In this document: positions 8,051-17,393 of the stretch, one piece after another
Layout of the letters: every line of letters starts with the position of its first letter
Position numbering within the stretch: the first letter of the stretch is position 1
Assembly (NCBI GenBank): GCA_050173015.1
Contig: JBFXLE010000009.1
Coordinates: 1-64,000, forward strand
Reading direction: 5' to 3'
DNA: 64,000 nucleotides
DNA from: Calditrichaceae bacterium
GTDB lineage: Bacteria > Calditrichota > Calditrichia > Calditrichales > JBFXGD01
Made by a program: the position numbers and the translations under genes
The notes under the pieces: model-generated
What the model was told of the DNA's origin: nothing
Seen by the model: the letters and a program-made list of their open reading frames with translations, nothing else
Databases searched by the model: none

Positions 8051-9064
8051 TCAATATTCAAGATCCGACTGATGGCTGATCCTTTTTCTGAACACCCAAT
8101 ATGTCCATCCCTGATACAACAGAACCACGGGAACAAAAAACAGCGCGATAATGCTCATAATTTTCAGGGTGTATGGTGTCGATGACGCGTTGTATATGGT
8201 TAATGAAAAGGTGTCGCTTATGCTCGAAACCATTACTCTGGGGAAAAGTCCCATAAAAATTGTCACGGTTGAAAACACAATGGTCATTCCTGTCATGACA
8301 AAAGCCCATCCGCCATTATTATTTTTCAGAAACCAGTAGCTGAATAAAAGCGCGGAGCCGGCGATGACGGGGCTGACGCCGGGATTGATTCCCAGCCTGG
8401 TGAACATATCTGTTTCGAAATAACCCAGAATTACAAAAAACAAAAGAATGATTACGGCCGGCAGCCAAAGTCTCATGGCGAATTTTCGGGTGCGTTCGCG
8501 CAGATCATCCGTCGTTTTCAGATTCAGGTAAATCGCTCCGTGAAGGGCAAAAAGTGAGAGAGAAGCGAGTCCGCCCACAAGAGCATAGGGATTGAGCAAG
8601 TCCAGGAAACCACCAACATAATTTTTCGTGGCGTCAATCGGAACACCCCGTATCAGATTTGCCATGGCGACTCCCCATAACAGAGCCGGTACAAAACTGC
8701 CGGTAAACAACATCCAGTCCCAGGTCGCGCGCCAGGCGGGATTTTTATCTTTGCTGCGGAATTCAAAAGCAACACCGCGGACAATCAATGCAACGAGCAT
8801 AAGAACAAGCGCGAGATAAAATCCGCTGAACATAGTGGCGTACCAGTGCGGAAAAGCGGCAAACATGGCTCCGCCCGCGGTAATCAGCCAGACTTCATTA
8901 CCGTCCCAGAATGGACCGATTGTGTTGATTACCACCCGGCGTGTTCGATCGTCTTTCGCGATAAAGGGGAGAAGAATACCGACGCCGTAATCAAATCCTT
9001 CGAGAAAAAAGAAGCCGATAAACAGGATGGCTATCAATAAAAACCAAATTATATTAAGATCCAT
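8051..9064 (-). CDS. cydB: Cytochrome bd ubiquinol oxidase subunit II
   Basis: EGFDYGVG, GPFWDGNEVWLI, RGVAFEFR and YQGWTYWVF motifs. Confidence 0.97.
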   Translation of the reverse strand: MDLNIIWFLLIAILFIGFFFLEGFDYGVGILLPFIAKDDRTRRVVINTIGPFWDGNEVWLITAGGAMFAAFPHWYATMFSGFYLALVLMLVALIVRGVAFEFRSKDKNPAWRATWDWMLFTGSFVPALLWGVAMANLIRGVPIDATKNYVGGFLDLLNPYALVGGLASLSLFALHGAIYLNLKTTDDLRERTRKFAMRLWLPAVIILLFFVILGYFETDMFTRLGINPGVSPVIAGSALLFSYWFLKNNNGGWAFVMTGMTIVFSTVTIFMGLFPRVMVSSISDTFSLTIYNASSTPYTLKIMSIIALFFVPVVLLYQGWTYWVFRKRISHQSDLEY

Positions 9065-9077
9065 CGATTTTTCCTCC

Positions 9078-10430
9078 CTATTCGTGATGGTTTAATTTTT
9101 TTGTGCCGGACAGAGCGAATTTTTTAAGTAAATAAATATCCGCGGCCATTAGTGCGCCATATAACAAGGTAAAAACAATCAGGGAGAATAAAACCTCTCC
9201 GGCGGTCACCATCGGTGAAACGGCATCGGCGGTTTTCATTAATCCGAACACCACCCATGGCTGGCGTCCGACTTCGGTCAGTATCCAGCCCGCGGAGTTC
9301 GCGATATAGGGAAGGAAAAGCGACAGTATAAAAATCTTGAGATAAAGCGGTTTGAAATCAAACCGTCTGTTAAGAACAAAATAAAGCGCATAGAGTATGA
9401 TCAATATCATAACGGTACCGGCTCCGACCATTATTCGGAATGTCCAGTATGTAATAATTACAGGAGGAACGTAATCTCCCGGCCCGTATTTTTGTTCATA
9501 TTCCGCTTGCAGATTTTTAATTCCTTTTACTTCACCGTCAAAACTGTTATAGGCGAGAATGGAAAGCAAGTTCGGAACATGAATGGCGAAGATATCTTTC
9601 TTTTCTTGTTCATCACCGACGGTGAATAAAGAAAGGGACGCGGGATTCGCGGTCTCCCATAAAGCTTCGGCGGCCGCGACTTTCATCGGTTGTTCGACCA
9701 CCATGTGCTGCATCTGAGTATGACCGAGCAGGGCGACCATGACGGAGCCAATTAATCCATAAACAACACTCATATTAAAAGATTTCTTAAATACTTCGAT
9801 ATCGTCGCTCTTTTTAAGCAAATGGTAGGCGCTTATACCAAGAACAAAAAACGCGGCGGTGGAGACTCCGGCAAAAAACACATGCGGAAACTGAACCCAG
9901 ACATGAGGATTGACGATGAGCGCGAAAAAATCAACCATCTCGGCCCGGCCGTTCCGGATAACATAACCGACCGGCTCCTGCATAAAAGAATTGGCGATCA
10001 ATATCCATAGAGCGGAGAGATTTGATCCGAATGCAACAATCCACATGATCGCGGCATGCAGTTTTTTAGAAAGTTTATCCCACCCGAAAATCCAGACACC
10101 AAGAAAAGTGGATTCCAGAAAGAATGCCAGCAGCGCCTCGATGGCCAGGGGAGCGCCGAAAATATCCCCGACAAATCTGGAGTATTCGGACCAGTTCATG
10201 CCGAACTGAAATTCCTGCACAAGTCCCGTAACAACTCCCATGACGAAATTGATCAGGAATAATTTACCCCAGAATTTTGTCATTCGCAGGTAAACTTCAT
10301 TTCCGGTCCGGACATACATGGTTTCCATAATGGCGACCAGTATAGACAGACCAAGCGTTAAAGGCACAAAGAAAAAATGATAAACAGTGGTGACCGCAAA
10401 CTGCCAGCGGGACAGCATGAGAACATCCAT
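9078..10430 (-). CDS. cydA: Cytochrome bd ubiquinol oxidase subunit I
   Basis: YHFFFVPLT, QEFQFGMNWS, QPMKVAAAE and EVGRQPW motifs. Confidence 0.97.
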   Translation of the reverse strand: MDVLMLSRWQFAVTTVYHFFFVPLTLGLSILVAIMETMYVRTGNEVYLRMTKFWGKLFLINFVMGVVTGLVQEFQFGMNWSEYSRFVGDIFGAPLAIEALLAFFLESTFLGVWIFGWDKLSKKLHAAIMWIVAFGSNLSALWILIANSFMQEPVGYVIRNGRAEMVDFFALIVNPHVWVQFPHVFFAGVSTAAFFVLGISAYHLLKKSDDIEVFKKSFNMSVVYGLIGSVMVALLGHTQMQHMVVEQPMKVAAAEALWETANPASLSLFTVGDEQEKKDIFAIHVPNLLSILAYNSFDGEVKGIKNLQAEYEQKYGPGDYVPPVIITYWTFRIMVGAGTVMILIILYALYFVLNRRFDFKPLYLKIFILSLFLPYIANSAGWILTEVGRQPWVVFGLMKTADAVSPMVTAGEVLFSLIVFTLLYGALMAADIYLLKKFALSGTKKLNHHE

Positions 10431-10467
10431 TTTGCCTCCTTTCAGTGTTTAATAGGAAGTAGATTTT

Positions 10468-10911
10468 TTAACGGCATACGGATTTTTCAGTTGATAAATC
10501 TTTATTTGAAAAAGCCAGTTCATCCAATTTTTTATCTTTGAAATTATCAAGCAGCATGACTTCCTGACGGACAAAAAAATTATGAATTTTGCAATTATTG
10601 CTGAGAGGACATGCTGTCATGTTTTCGACACATTCATTGATATGATGATCAAATCCCATTGAGATAAGTATGTCATATACGGATAATTTATGCGAATCGC
10701 GGGCCAGATAGATTCCGCCATATTTTCCCTGAACCGATGCCAGAACCTGCTTTTTTATGAGTTGGTGAACGATTTTGCTGGCGAACGGCCGGGAAATAAA
10801 GAGTCTTCTTGAGATTTCAGATAGCGGCACAATCGTCTCGGGCGCCTGGCCGGCAAGGTAAGCGCAGATCCGAATCGCGTAATCATATTCCTTTTTAATG
10901 AATGATGTCAT
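10468..10911 (-). CDS. Rrf2-family transcriptional regulator with three Cys (likely Fe-S binding)
   Basis: DYAIR N-terminus, winged helix with SVQGKYGGIYLAR, C-x6-C-x5-C cluster; first gene of the cyd operon. Confidence 0.9.
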   Translation of the reverse strand: MTSFIKKEYDYAIRICAYLAGQAPETIVPLSEISRRLFISRPFASKIVHQLIKKQVLASVQGKYGGIYLARDSHKLSVYDILISMGFDHHINECVENMTACPLSNNCKIHNFFVRQEVMLLDNFKDKKLDELAFSNKDLSTEKSVCR

Positions 10912-11102
10912 ATATAATACCTGTAGAGTACTGTATTACTTAAATGATAATATATTACCGGAACGGTTTAATATAAAAACAATAATGTTTGTGAAACAAG
11001 TAATTTTTTATTTTTTTTTCAACAGGGAGAATGGACAGTTATATCACCATCCGGGCGTTGATTGTTTTGTACCGAGATGCTCTTGTGCGCGCTTAATTTT
11101 AG

Positions 11103-11142
11103 AAAAAAAATCTGCCCCGTGTTTTTATCAAACAGGGGCAGA
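11103..11142 (-). terminator. Intrinsic terminator of the 11195-11782 gene
   Basis: Minus strand TCTGCCCCTGTTT-loop-AAACACGGGGCAGA followed by T8. Confidence 0.8.
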
Positions 11143-11194
11143 CATTGATTCGCCATCAAGAATATATCTTCGAGAATTCTATTGATGAATCCTG

Positions 11195-11782
11195 TCAGGA
11201 GGTTTTTTTGATTTTAAATGTATTGATAAACTTTTCAAAAGTCGGTCGCCAGTAATCAACGGTTTCCTGAGGTCCGGTGACCTTAAAAAACCAGGGGCCG
11301 TTTGCAGTTTCGACGATTGCCGCGAGCATGGCGTAACCGGGAAGCTCGTCAACCGGTCCGCCCATCATCATTCCGGAGCTGGATTTCATGTAGGTTCCTG
11401 TCACATAAACCGTGGTTACATGTAAATTTCCAACCGTAGATTTTTTTGTTTCTGCCTTTGCGGATGTTGAGGATCCGTCCGGCTGCATTATCTGCCCGTA
11501 CCAGCGGTCTAAATTATCCTGTACCGAGCCGCCGGTACCGGGAAAGAAGAACACGCCCAAATCCGCCGCATCTTTGCCTTCAACACCGGGGAGTGAGTAT
11601 TCCGCTTTTCTGAAAGAACTGCTCGGAGTTTGCGCTAACCAGCCCTGAGGCGCGGTATAAATGATTTCACCATCGGGCGCCGATGTCATTGATGGGGCGG
11701 ATTCGGTTTTTTCTTTCGTACCGCATGACATTAAAACCAGTAAGCTCAGCAGCGTAAGGGTCGATAGCCTTAATAATTGCAT
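11195..11782 (-). CDS. Hypothetical lipoprotein
   Basis: Lipobox LMSC, GGAG RBS, 195 aa; no function recognised. Confidence 0.75.
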   Translation of the reverse strand: MQLLRLSTLTLLSLLVLMSCGTKEKTESAPSMTSAPDGEIIYTAPQGWLAQTPSSSFRKAEYSLPGVEGKDAADLGVFFFPGTGGSVQDNLDRWYGQIMQPDGSSTSAKAETKKSTVGNLHVTTVYVTGTYMKSSSGMMMGGPVDELPGYAMLAAIVETANGPWFFKVTGPQETVDYWRPTFEKFINTFKIKKTS

Positions 11783-12017
11783 GAATTTGATCTCCGGTTA
11801 ATAATTATAATTTCATTTATTTAGTTTTAATAAACAATTTAGAGAAATGAACCATACTTGCAAGTGAATTTATTCCGGCCATTTTCATTAATATACAAAA
11901 GTTGTTTTAAATAGTAAAATTCTTATTTAGTTGCAATATTTTATATTTTTCTTAAATTGGAGCTCAAAAAATTTTTCCGGATTTTCATCATTATTAATAA
12001 TGACCTTATGGAGAAAC

Positions 12018-12899
12018 ATGAAAAAGCTGTATTTATATTTTATATCCATTTTAATTTTAACCGGATCCCCTATAAACGCTTTCGCGCAAACAAGGTATGT
12101 GACATCCATTCATCCGTTTGCCGAAATTATCCGTGAGATTTCGGGTGAGAGAGAAGCGGTTACCGCTTTGTTGCCCGCAGGGGCATCGCCTCACACGTTT
12201 GAACTGCGTCCGTCGCATTTGAGGCAGATTGAAAAAGCAACGGCGCTCATTTACGGTTCACCTGAGCTGGACGGCTGGGTTTCAAAGGTTCCGTCAGAAA
12301 ACAAGATTCAATTACTGGATTTTTTACCCGAATCTTATCGCCTCAGAATGATTATGCGCGACCATGATCATGATCATGGTCAATCGGGGGACATTGATCC
12401 TCATTTCTGGCTCGATCCGCTGGCCGTGAAGGCCCTGCTTCCGTCACTGACGGCAAAACTTTCGGAGCTTAATCCTCAGGGAAAAGAGAAATACAGGGCT
12501 AACGCGGAACGATTTGCAGCTGAACTCGATTCCCTGAATTCGGAAATCACGGTTATGCTTAAACCGGTCAAAGGTGAAAATATTCTTATTGCTCATCCTT
12601 TTATGCAGTATTTCTGCAACCGGTATCAAATTGTTATCGCCGGAGCCATAGAAACCATTCCGGGGAAAGAACCGACGCCAAAAACGCTGAAGGGTGTGAT
12701 TTCACTAATGCAAAAGGAACGCATCCGCTTAATTCTGACGCAAAAACAGCTGCCAAACCGAGCGGCTGAGGTGGTGGCGGAATCCACCGGCGGAAAGATA
12801 GTATATCTTGATCCACTGGGTGGTATTGAAGGCCGTGTCAGGTATTCAGATTTAATCCGGTATAACGCGAAGGCGCTGTTGGAGGCTTTAAGTGAATAA
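12018..12899 (+). CDS. znuA: Zn/Mn ABC transporter substrate-binding protein (ZnuA-like)
   Basis: SPHTFE, short His-rich loop HDHDHG, DPHFWLDP. Start moved to ATG 12018 (GGAG RBS, signal peptide MKKLYL...AFA). Confidence 0.85.
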   Translation: MKKLYLYFISILILTGSPINAFAQTRYVTSIHPFAEIIREISGEREAVTALLPAGASPHTFELRPSHLRQIEKATALIYGSPELDGWVSKVPSENKIQLLDFLPESYRLRMIMRDHDHDHGQSGDIDPHFWLDPLAVKALLPSLTAKLSELNPQGKEKYRANAERFAAELDSLNSEITVMLKPVKGENILIAHPFMQYFCNRYQIVIAGAIETIPGKEPTPKTLKGVISLMQKERIRLILTQKQLPNRAAEVVAESTGGKIVYLDPLGGIEGRVRYSDLIRYNAKALLEALSE

Positions 12900-13647
12900 A
12901 CCGGTGCTGGAAATTAACGACTTATCCGTAAGAATGAGCAATTTGGCCATACTTGAAGAAATCAATCTGACCGTGCGAGCGGATGAATTTATTGCCATCA
13001 TCGGCCCGAACGGCGCGGGGAAATCCACTTTTCTAAAAGTTTTACTCGGTATCATTCCTGTAGCGTCAGGCAGCATCAGACTATTTGGAAATTCTGTTCA
13101 GGATATTTCTCCGGAATGGATCGGTTATGTACCGCAAATCAAAACCATGGACAGAAACTTTCCCTCCATGTCCATTGAGCTGGTGATGACGGGATTAAAT
13201 CAGCGCTGGCCCTGGAGATATAAATCGAAAAAATCCGCTTTGGCCATCGACGCTCTTGAACGGGTTGGCGCGTCGCATCTGGCTTACCGTCCGTTAAATA
13301 AGCTTTCGGGAGGGGAACTGCAGCGGGTATTTCTGGCGAGAAGTCTTGCCCGTGAGCCAAAACTTATCATGCTTGATGAACCGGCGACCGGTATCGATGT
13401 AACGGGAGAAGCCGATTTATACCGAGTTCTGGATAATTATCAGAAGGAAAGCAAATGCACCATTTTGATGATCACTCATGACTGGGAAGCTGTTCAGCAT
13501 CATGTGAGTCATGTGATGATTCTGAACAGAAAATTGGTGGGATACGGTCCGCCGGAAAAAGCCTTGACAGAGGAATGCCTGCGACGGGCTTTCGGTCATA
13601 TTGGCCATGAACACGCTTTTAACCAGAGGTTTAAAGATAATGTTTGA
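12892..13647 (+). CDS. znuC: Zn/Mn ABC transporter ATP-binding protein (ZnuC-like)
   Basis: GPNGAGKST, IGYVPQ, LSGGELQRV, DEPATGID, THD. Confidence 0.85.
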   Translation: MNKPVLEINDLSVRMSNLAILEEINLTVRADEFIAIIGPNGAGKSTFLKVLLGIIPVASGSIRLFGNSVQDISPEWIGYVPQIKTMDRNFPSMSIELVMTGLNQRWPWRYKSKKSALAIDALERVGASHLAYRPLNKLSGGELQRVFLARSLAREPKLIMLDEPATGIDVTGEADLYRVLDNYQKESKCTILMITHDWEAVQHHVSHVMILNRKLVGYGPPEKALTEECLRRAFGHIGHEHAFNQRFKDNV

Positions 13648-14434
13648 ATTCCTGAGTATGCCGTTCATGCAGCGCGCTCTGATTGCCGGGGCCCTGGTTG
13701 GTGTGATGGCAAGTTATTACGGAGTATTTGTTGTTCAAAGGGGCCTGAGTTTTCTCGGGAGCGGGCTGGCGCACGCCGCCTTTGGAGGGGTGGCGCTGGG
13801 TTTACTGCTCGGAACGGAACCGTTATGGATCGCTGCTCCGTTTACTGTTTTTGTGGCCATAGCAATCGTATGGGTCCGGGAACAAACCGCCCTGGGAAAT
13901 GATACATCCGTGGGGATATTTTTTGCGGTTTCTGTCGCGCTGGGTGTTGTCTTCCTTTCATTGAAGCAGGAATATACGGTCGACGCGTTCGCGTATTTAT
14001 TCGGCTCCATTCTGTCAGTTAAGAAAATAGATTTGTGGGTCACTGCAGGCGCCTTCGCAATTTCTTTGTTCACGCTGCCATTATGGAGAAGGTGGGCATA
14101 CGCGACTTTTGACCGTGAACTCGCGATCGCCGACAGGCTTCCGGTGCAGCGGGATGACTATTTTTTATCAATACTGATCGCCATTACCGTTGTTGTTGCC
14201 GTTAAGGTAGTCGGGATTATACTTATCGCCGCGTTTCTGGTAATACCGGCGGCAACGGCAAGACTTATAGCTCCGAGTTTCCGACGAATGACATGGGTAT
14301 CGATGAGCATTGGTCTTTTAAGCGCTGTCGCGGGGCTGTTTACTTCATACTGGCTTGATCTTCCGAGCGGAGCGACAATCATCCTGATTCAGGCGGTTAT
14401 ATTTTTTCTGACAATGATATCCGCCAGAAACTGA
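13640..14434 (+). CDS. znuB: Zn/Mn ABC transporter permease (ZnuB-like)
   Basis: FMQRAL, LAHAAFGG, YLFGSIL, DLPSGATII. Start at ATG 13640, overlapping the ATPase stop. Confidence 0.85.
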   Translation: MFEFLSMPFMQRALIAGALVGVMASYYGVFVVQRGLSFLGSGLAHAAFGGVALGLLLGTEPLWIAAPFTVFVAIAIVWVREQTALGNDTSVGIFFAVSVALGVVFLSLKQEYTVDAFAYLFGSILSVKKIDLWVTAGAFAISLFTLPLWRRWAYATFDRELAIADRLPVQRDDYFLSILIAITVVVAVKVVGIILIAAFLVIPAATARLIAPSFRRMTWVSMSIGLLSAVAGLFTSYWLDLPSGATIILIQAVIFFLTMISARN

Positions 14435-14490
14435 GATTACTGATATATTGAAAAGATTAAATTCGTAGGTTAAAAATTAACGGAACAGAT

Positions 14491-14919
14491 ATGGATGTAA
14501 ACTACGCTGGCGCCGAGTTAAAAAAAATTGGCCAAAAATTAACACCTCAGCGAATAGCCATATTAAAATTATTGATGGCGTCCGACAAGCCATTAACCGC
14601 CAAAGAAATTTACGGGCAGGTCAGGGCGGATCATCCAAATATAAGCCTTGATACGGTTTACCGGAATCTGAGCATGCTTTCGGTATCCGGTGTGGCGGGA
14701 CAGGTCAACCTGCAAAATAAAGAAGCGGCACAATTCAAATACTTCGGAAAACTTCATCATCATCACGCCATCTGTCTTTCGTGCGGGAAGATCATCTGTC
14801 TCTCTGAATGCGATATAAAAAGAGAGATGCCGCTTGTAGGGGATGACCTGAATTTCAAAGTGATTAGTCACGCGTTTGAGATATATGGTTATTGCTCTGA
14901 ATGCCAGCAACAGATATAA
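14491..14919 (+). CDS. Fur-family regulator, probably Zur
   Basis: LTPQR, SLDTVYRNL, HHHHAICLSCG, C-terminal CSEC; adjacent to znuACB-like genes. Confidence 0.88.
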   Translation: MDVNYAGAELKKIGQKLTPQRIAILKLLMASDKPLTAKEIYGQVRADHPNISLDTVYRNLSMLSVSGVAGQVNLQNKEAAQFKYFGKLHHHHAICLSCGKIICLSECDIKREMPLVGDDLNFKVISHAFEIYGYCSECQQQI

Positions 14920-14951
14920 AAAAAATCCCCGGCTGTAAACCGGGGATTTTC
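14918..14951. terminator. Bidirectional intrinsic terminator
   Basis: AAAATCCCCGG (14922-14932) / CCGGGGATTTT (14940-14950) between convergent genes. Confidence 0.85.
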
Positions 14952-14965
14952 CGCTTTTCGGGTTA

Positions 14966-17173
14966 TTATTTCAGCATCATCATCGATCTTGTCTGAACCA
15001 GATTGTCCGATTTGAACTGATAGAAATATAATCCTGAAGAAACCAATTTCGCGTTTTCATCTCTGCCGTCCCATACAAAATTACGGGTACCGCTTTCCAA
15101 TACGCCGTTATAGAGTACACGAACTTTCTGACCAAGGATATTATAAACGGTCAGTGAAACCCGTTCGGTTTTAACCATATCAATACGAATGGTGGTTGAC
15201 GGGTTGAATGGATTAGGATAAGCGTTATGAAGCATATTTGTCTTTATCACTCCGGTAAGCGGATTATCTCCCACAGATGTTACCTGAAGGTTGAAATCAA
15301 CTTTGACAGCATTACCGGTCTGTTCATTGATTTCAATATTGTTCTTGGTTACATCCTGATAATTCTGAGATGTCAGTTTCATGTCATATATGCCGTATGA
15401 TTCAACCGGCAGGGTGAACGAGCCGTCAGCTTTCACATAGGCCGCGTTTGTCCATTCATTCGTTCCGCTTTTCTTCAGATAGATGGTTGCTCCCTCAATG
15501 GACGAAGCCGTTGTCTTATTCGTTGAATTCACGGACACAATACCTGTAATCTGACCGAAAGGAATCCGGAGTTTTGCTTTTTGCAGGGTGAAATCTGCTA
15601 TTTTATCTTCTGTCATACGCAGGGTATCCGCATCTTCCCAGCTGGTTTTGCCGTCATAAATCACCGGAACATAACCATAGCCTGCCCATGCCTGAAGAAC
15701 TACATAGCTGCCTTCGACAAAAATACTACCGAAATCATAATTGCCCAAAGAATCCGCGTGTGTGTAAACTACCCCCGCGCTGGGAGCCGTGCTGTACGCG
15801 GTGACCTGGGCGCGATAGACTGGATTACCTTCATCATCAATAACTTTTCCGGAAATCTTATATCCGATGTCCGTATCAATTGAATCAAGCGCGAAATCGA
15901 TTCCAGATACGGTGTAGTTCTCGCTTCCGTCCGGCTCGATGATGATTGGATCTGCTGTGTGATAGGTGGGCTGATCATCATAGAATTTCGCGAAGAACCC
16001 GTCTTTATATGAGAATGCAATTAAAGAGTCCCTGTTCATAAATGTGTGGGCCGAGATCGAATAATTTCCATCGGCATCGGTTTTTGCTTCATAGGTGTTA
16101 AATACATAATTCAGGAAGTTGGCTGTAAAGAAATCGACAGTCGCGTCCATAAGAGGTTTGCCGCTGGTCGCGCTGGAGACATTACCGGTAATGGTCACCG
16201 GTTTCAGGTCAGCAGAGGTCGGCAGAACAAAATCGATTCCGGAAACATCATCAAATACATCGATTTGCGCGGCTTCTTTGGTCGTGAACACACCGTCATA
16301 AAATACGGTATAGACATGATTCAATTCCTGCATAAAACCTTCCGCTCTGAAAATGTACGTATCCGGAGCGACTTTCAGTTCATAGGAACCGTCCTCGTTT
16401 GTGGGGAAAATATTGGCCATAAACGGTTTTCCAGAATTGACCGAATAAGCCCAGATCACCACAAAATCGAATTCACCAAAATTGGTAACCACACCGGTCA
16501 CGCGTTTGAATTCCTGTAATTTGATTTCACCAAGATCCAGGGTCTTATCTTTCCCGACGGATACATCAATGTTCCAATAGGGTAGATAACCTTCATCGTC
16601 ATCGCCGGGGATATGCATAAAGTACGTCCCCGAAAGCACCGGCTGTTCAAATTTTCCTTCGGAGTCGGTGACCGCCTGATATGGAACAAGCATCAAATCC
16701 TGCATTTTGAAATTTCCTGTCTCCAGGTCTTCAATATCTGTGTTCTCCGGTCCCAGTTTTAGAAAATAAACCGTCACGCCGGCCATCGGAGTTCCCTTAA
16801 ACGTAACAAGACCGGTGATTTTCGCGTCCTGCGGCCGGTGCGTCAAACTGAAATCCAGAATTGTAGGCTGAAATGATTTAATAATCTGCACTTCTTCCGA
16901 GGTAAAATGCCAGTAGTTCATGGTATCGACATTGCTCACCGTATAAGTGCCCGGAGGCGCGACAAACGCATAATTACCATCCGCGCCGCTGATGGAAACA
17001 AAAGAAGTGTCCTGATTTGAGAGACGAAGAGGCGTCATTTCTATCCCTACTCCGTCGGCGCTAACGGTCCCTGTTAAATAACCGAGATTTGGAATCTGCG
17101 CAAATCCCGGCATAGCCAACGCGAAAATAACTAATAAAACCGGTATAAGATGGAACCGTCTAAAATGAATCAT
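14966..17173 (-). CDS. Large secreted protein with repeated carboxypeptidase-regulatory-like beta domains and a C-terminal T9SS-type/FlgD-Ig domain
   Basis: Signal peptide; repeated (I/T)xG.V...G.P...A.V...TD..G.Y/F units; C-terminal AYPNPFNPSTTI...VYNILGQKV...WDGRDE...SSGLYFY...MMMLK. Confidence 0.85.
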   Translation of the reverse strand: MIHFRRFHLIPVLLVIFALAMPGFAQIPNLGYLTGTVSADGVGIEMTPLRLSNQDTSFVSISGADGNYAFVAPPGTYTVSNVDTMNYWHFTSEEVQIIKSFQPTILDFSLTHRPQDAKITGLVTFKGTPMAGVTVYFLKLGPENTDIEDLETGNFKMQDLMLVPYQAVTDSEGKFEQPVLSGTYFMHIPGDDDEGYLPYWNIDVSVGKDKTLDLGEIKLQEFKRVTGVVTNFGEFDFVVIWAYSVNSGKPFMANIFPTNEDGSYELKVAPDTYIFRAEGFMQELNHVYTVFYDGVFTTKEAAQIDVFDDVSGIDFVLPTSADLKPVTITGNVSSATSGKPLMDATVDFFTANFLNYVFNTYEAKTDADGNYSISAHTFMNRDSLIAFSYKDGFFAKFYDDQPTYHTADPIIIEPDGSENYTVSGIDFALDSIDTDIGYKISGKVIDDEGNPVYRAQVTAYSTAPSAGVVYTHADSLGNYDFGSIFVEGSYVVLQAWAGYGYVPVIYDGKTSWEDADTLRMTEDKIADFTLQKAKLRIPFGQITGIVSVNSTNKTTASSIEGATIYLKKSGTNEWTNAAYVKADGSFTLPVESYGIYDMKLTSQNYQDVTKNNIEINEQTGNAVKVDFNLQVTSVGDNPLTGVIKTNMLHNAYPNPFNPSTTIRIDMVKTERVSLTVYNILGQKVRVLYNGVLESGTRNFVWDGRDENAKLVSSGLYFYQFKSDNLVQTRSMMMLK

Positions 17174-17222
17174 AAATACCCCCCAAGGTTTGTTATGTTA
17201 ATGGTTAACATTCTTATACAAC

Positions 17223-17236
17223 GCAATTAATGTGCC
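17223..17236 (-). promoter_or_regulatory. Sigma54 (-24/-12) promoter
   Basis: Minus strand GGCACATTAATTGC: GG-N10-GC matching TGGCAC-N5-TTGC, 50 bp upstream of ATG 17173; a sigma54 activator gene is nearby. Confidence 0.75.
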
Positions 17237-17353
17237 GTTAAATGTCAGTCGGGAAGAAAATGAATATCTGTTTTTTAAACTGTTGTTAATTATAATGTTA
17301 GATTGTTAGAATATTTAGCCTGCGGCAAATGCCCGATAGCTTTTTAAGCCGCG

Positions 17354-17390
17354 ACTATGAATATTTTGCGTAACTATGAAAAATATGCAT
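17354..17390. promoter_or_regulatory. Candidate tandem upstream activator sites for the sigma54 activator
   Basis: ACTATGAATATTTTGCGT and ACTATGAAAAATATGCAT (14/18 identical, 19-bp period), about 120-150 bp upstream of the -24 box. Confidence 0.5.
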
Positions 17391-17393
17391 GGT

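Noticed and set aside
10898-11185. 95-aa plus-strand ORF in the rrf2 upstream region
   Set aside because: Overlaps promoter and terminator sequence, has no RBS, and shows no recognisable features.
11931-12017. Longer znuA start (TTG 11931); likewise 13601 for znuB, 2085 for the anti-sigma and 22201 for the lipoprotein
   Set aside because: Downstream ATGs give a better RBS, signal peptide or gene overlap.
12018-14919. Link between the Zn uptake operon and the NRPS product as a metallophore
   Set aside because: Separated by 7 kb of unrelated genes and a terminator. No TonB receptor, Orn hydroxylase, Asp/Asn hydroxylase or cyclisation domain is visible in the window.
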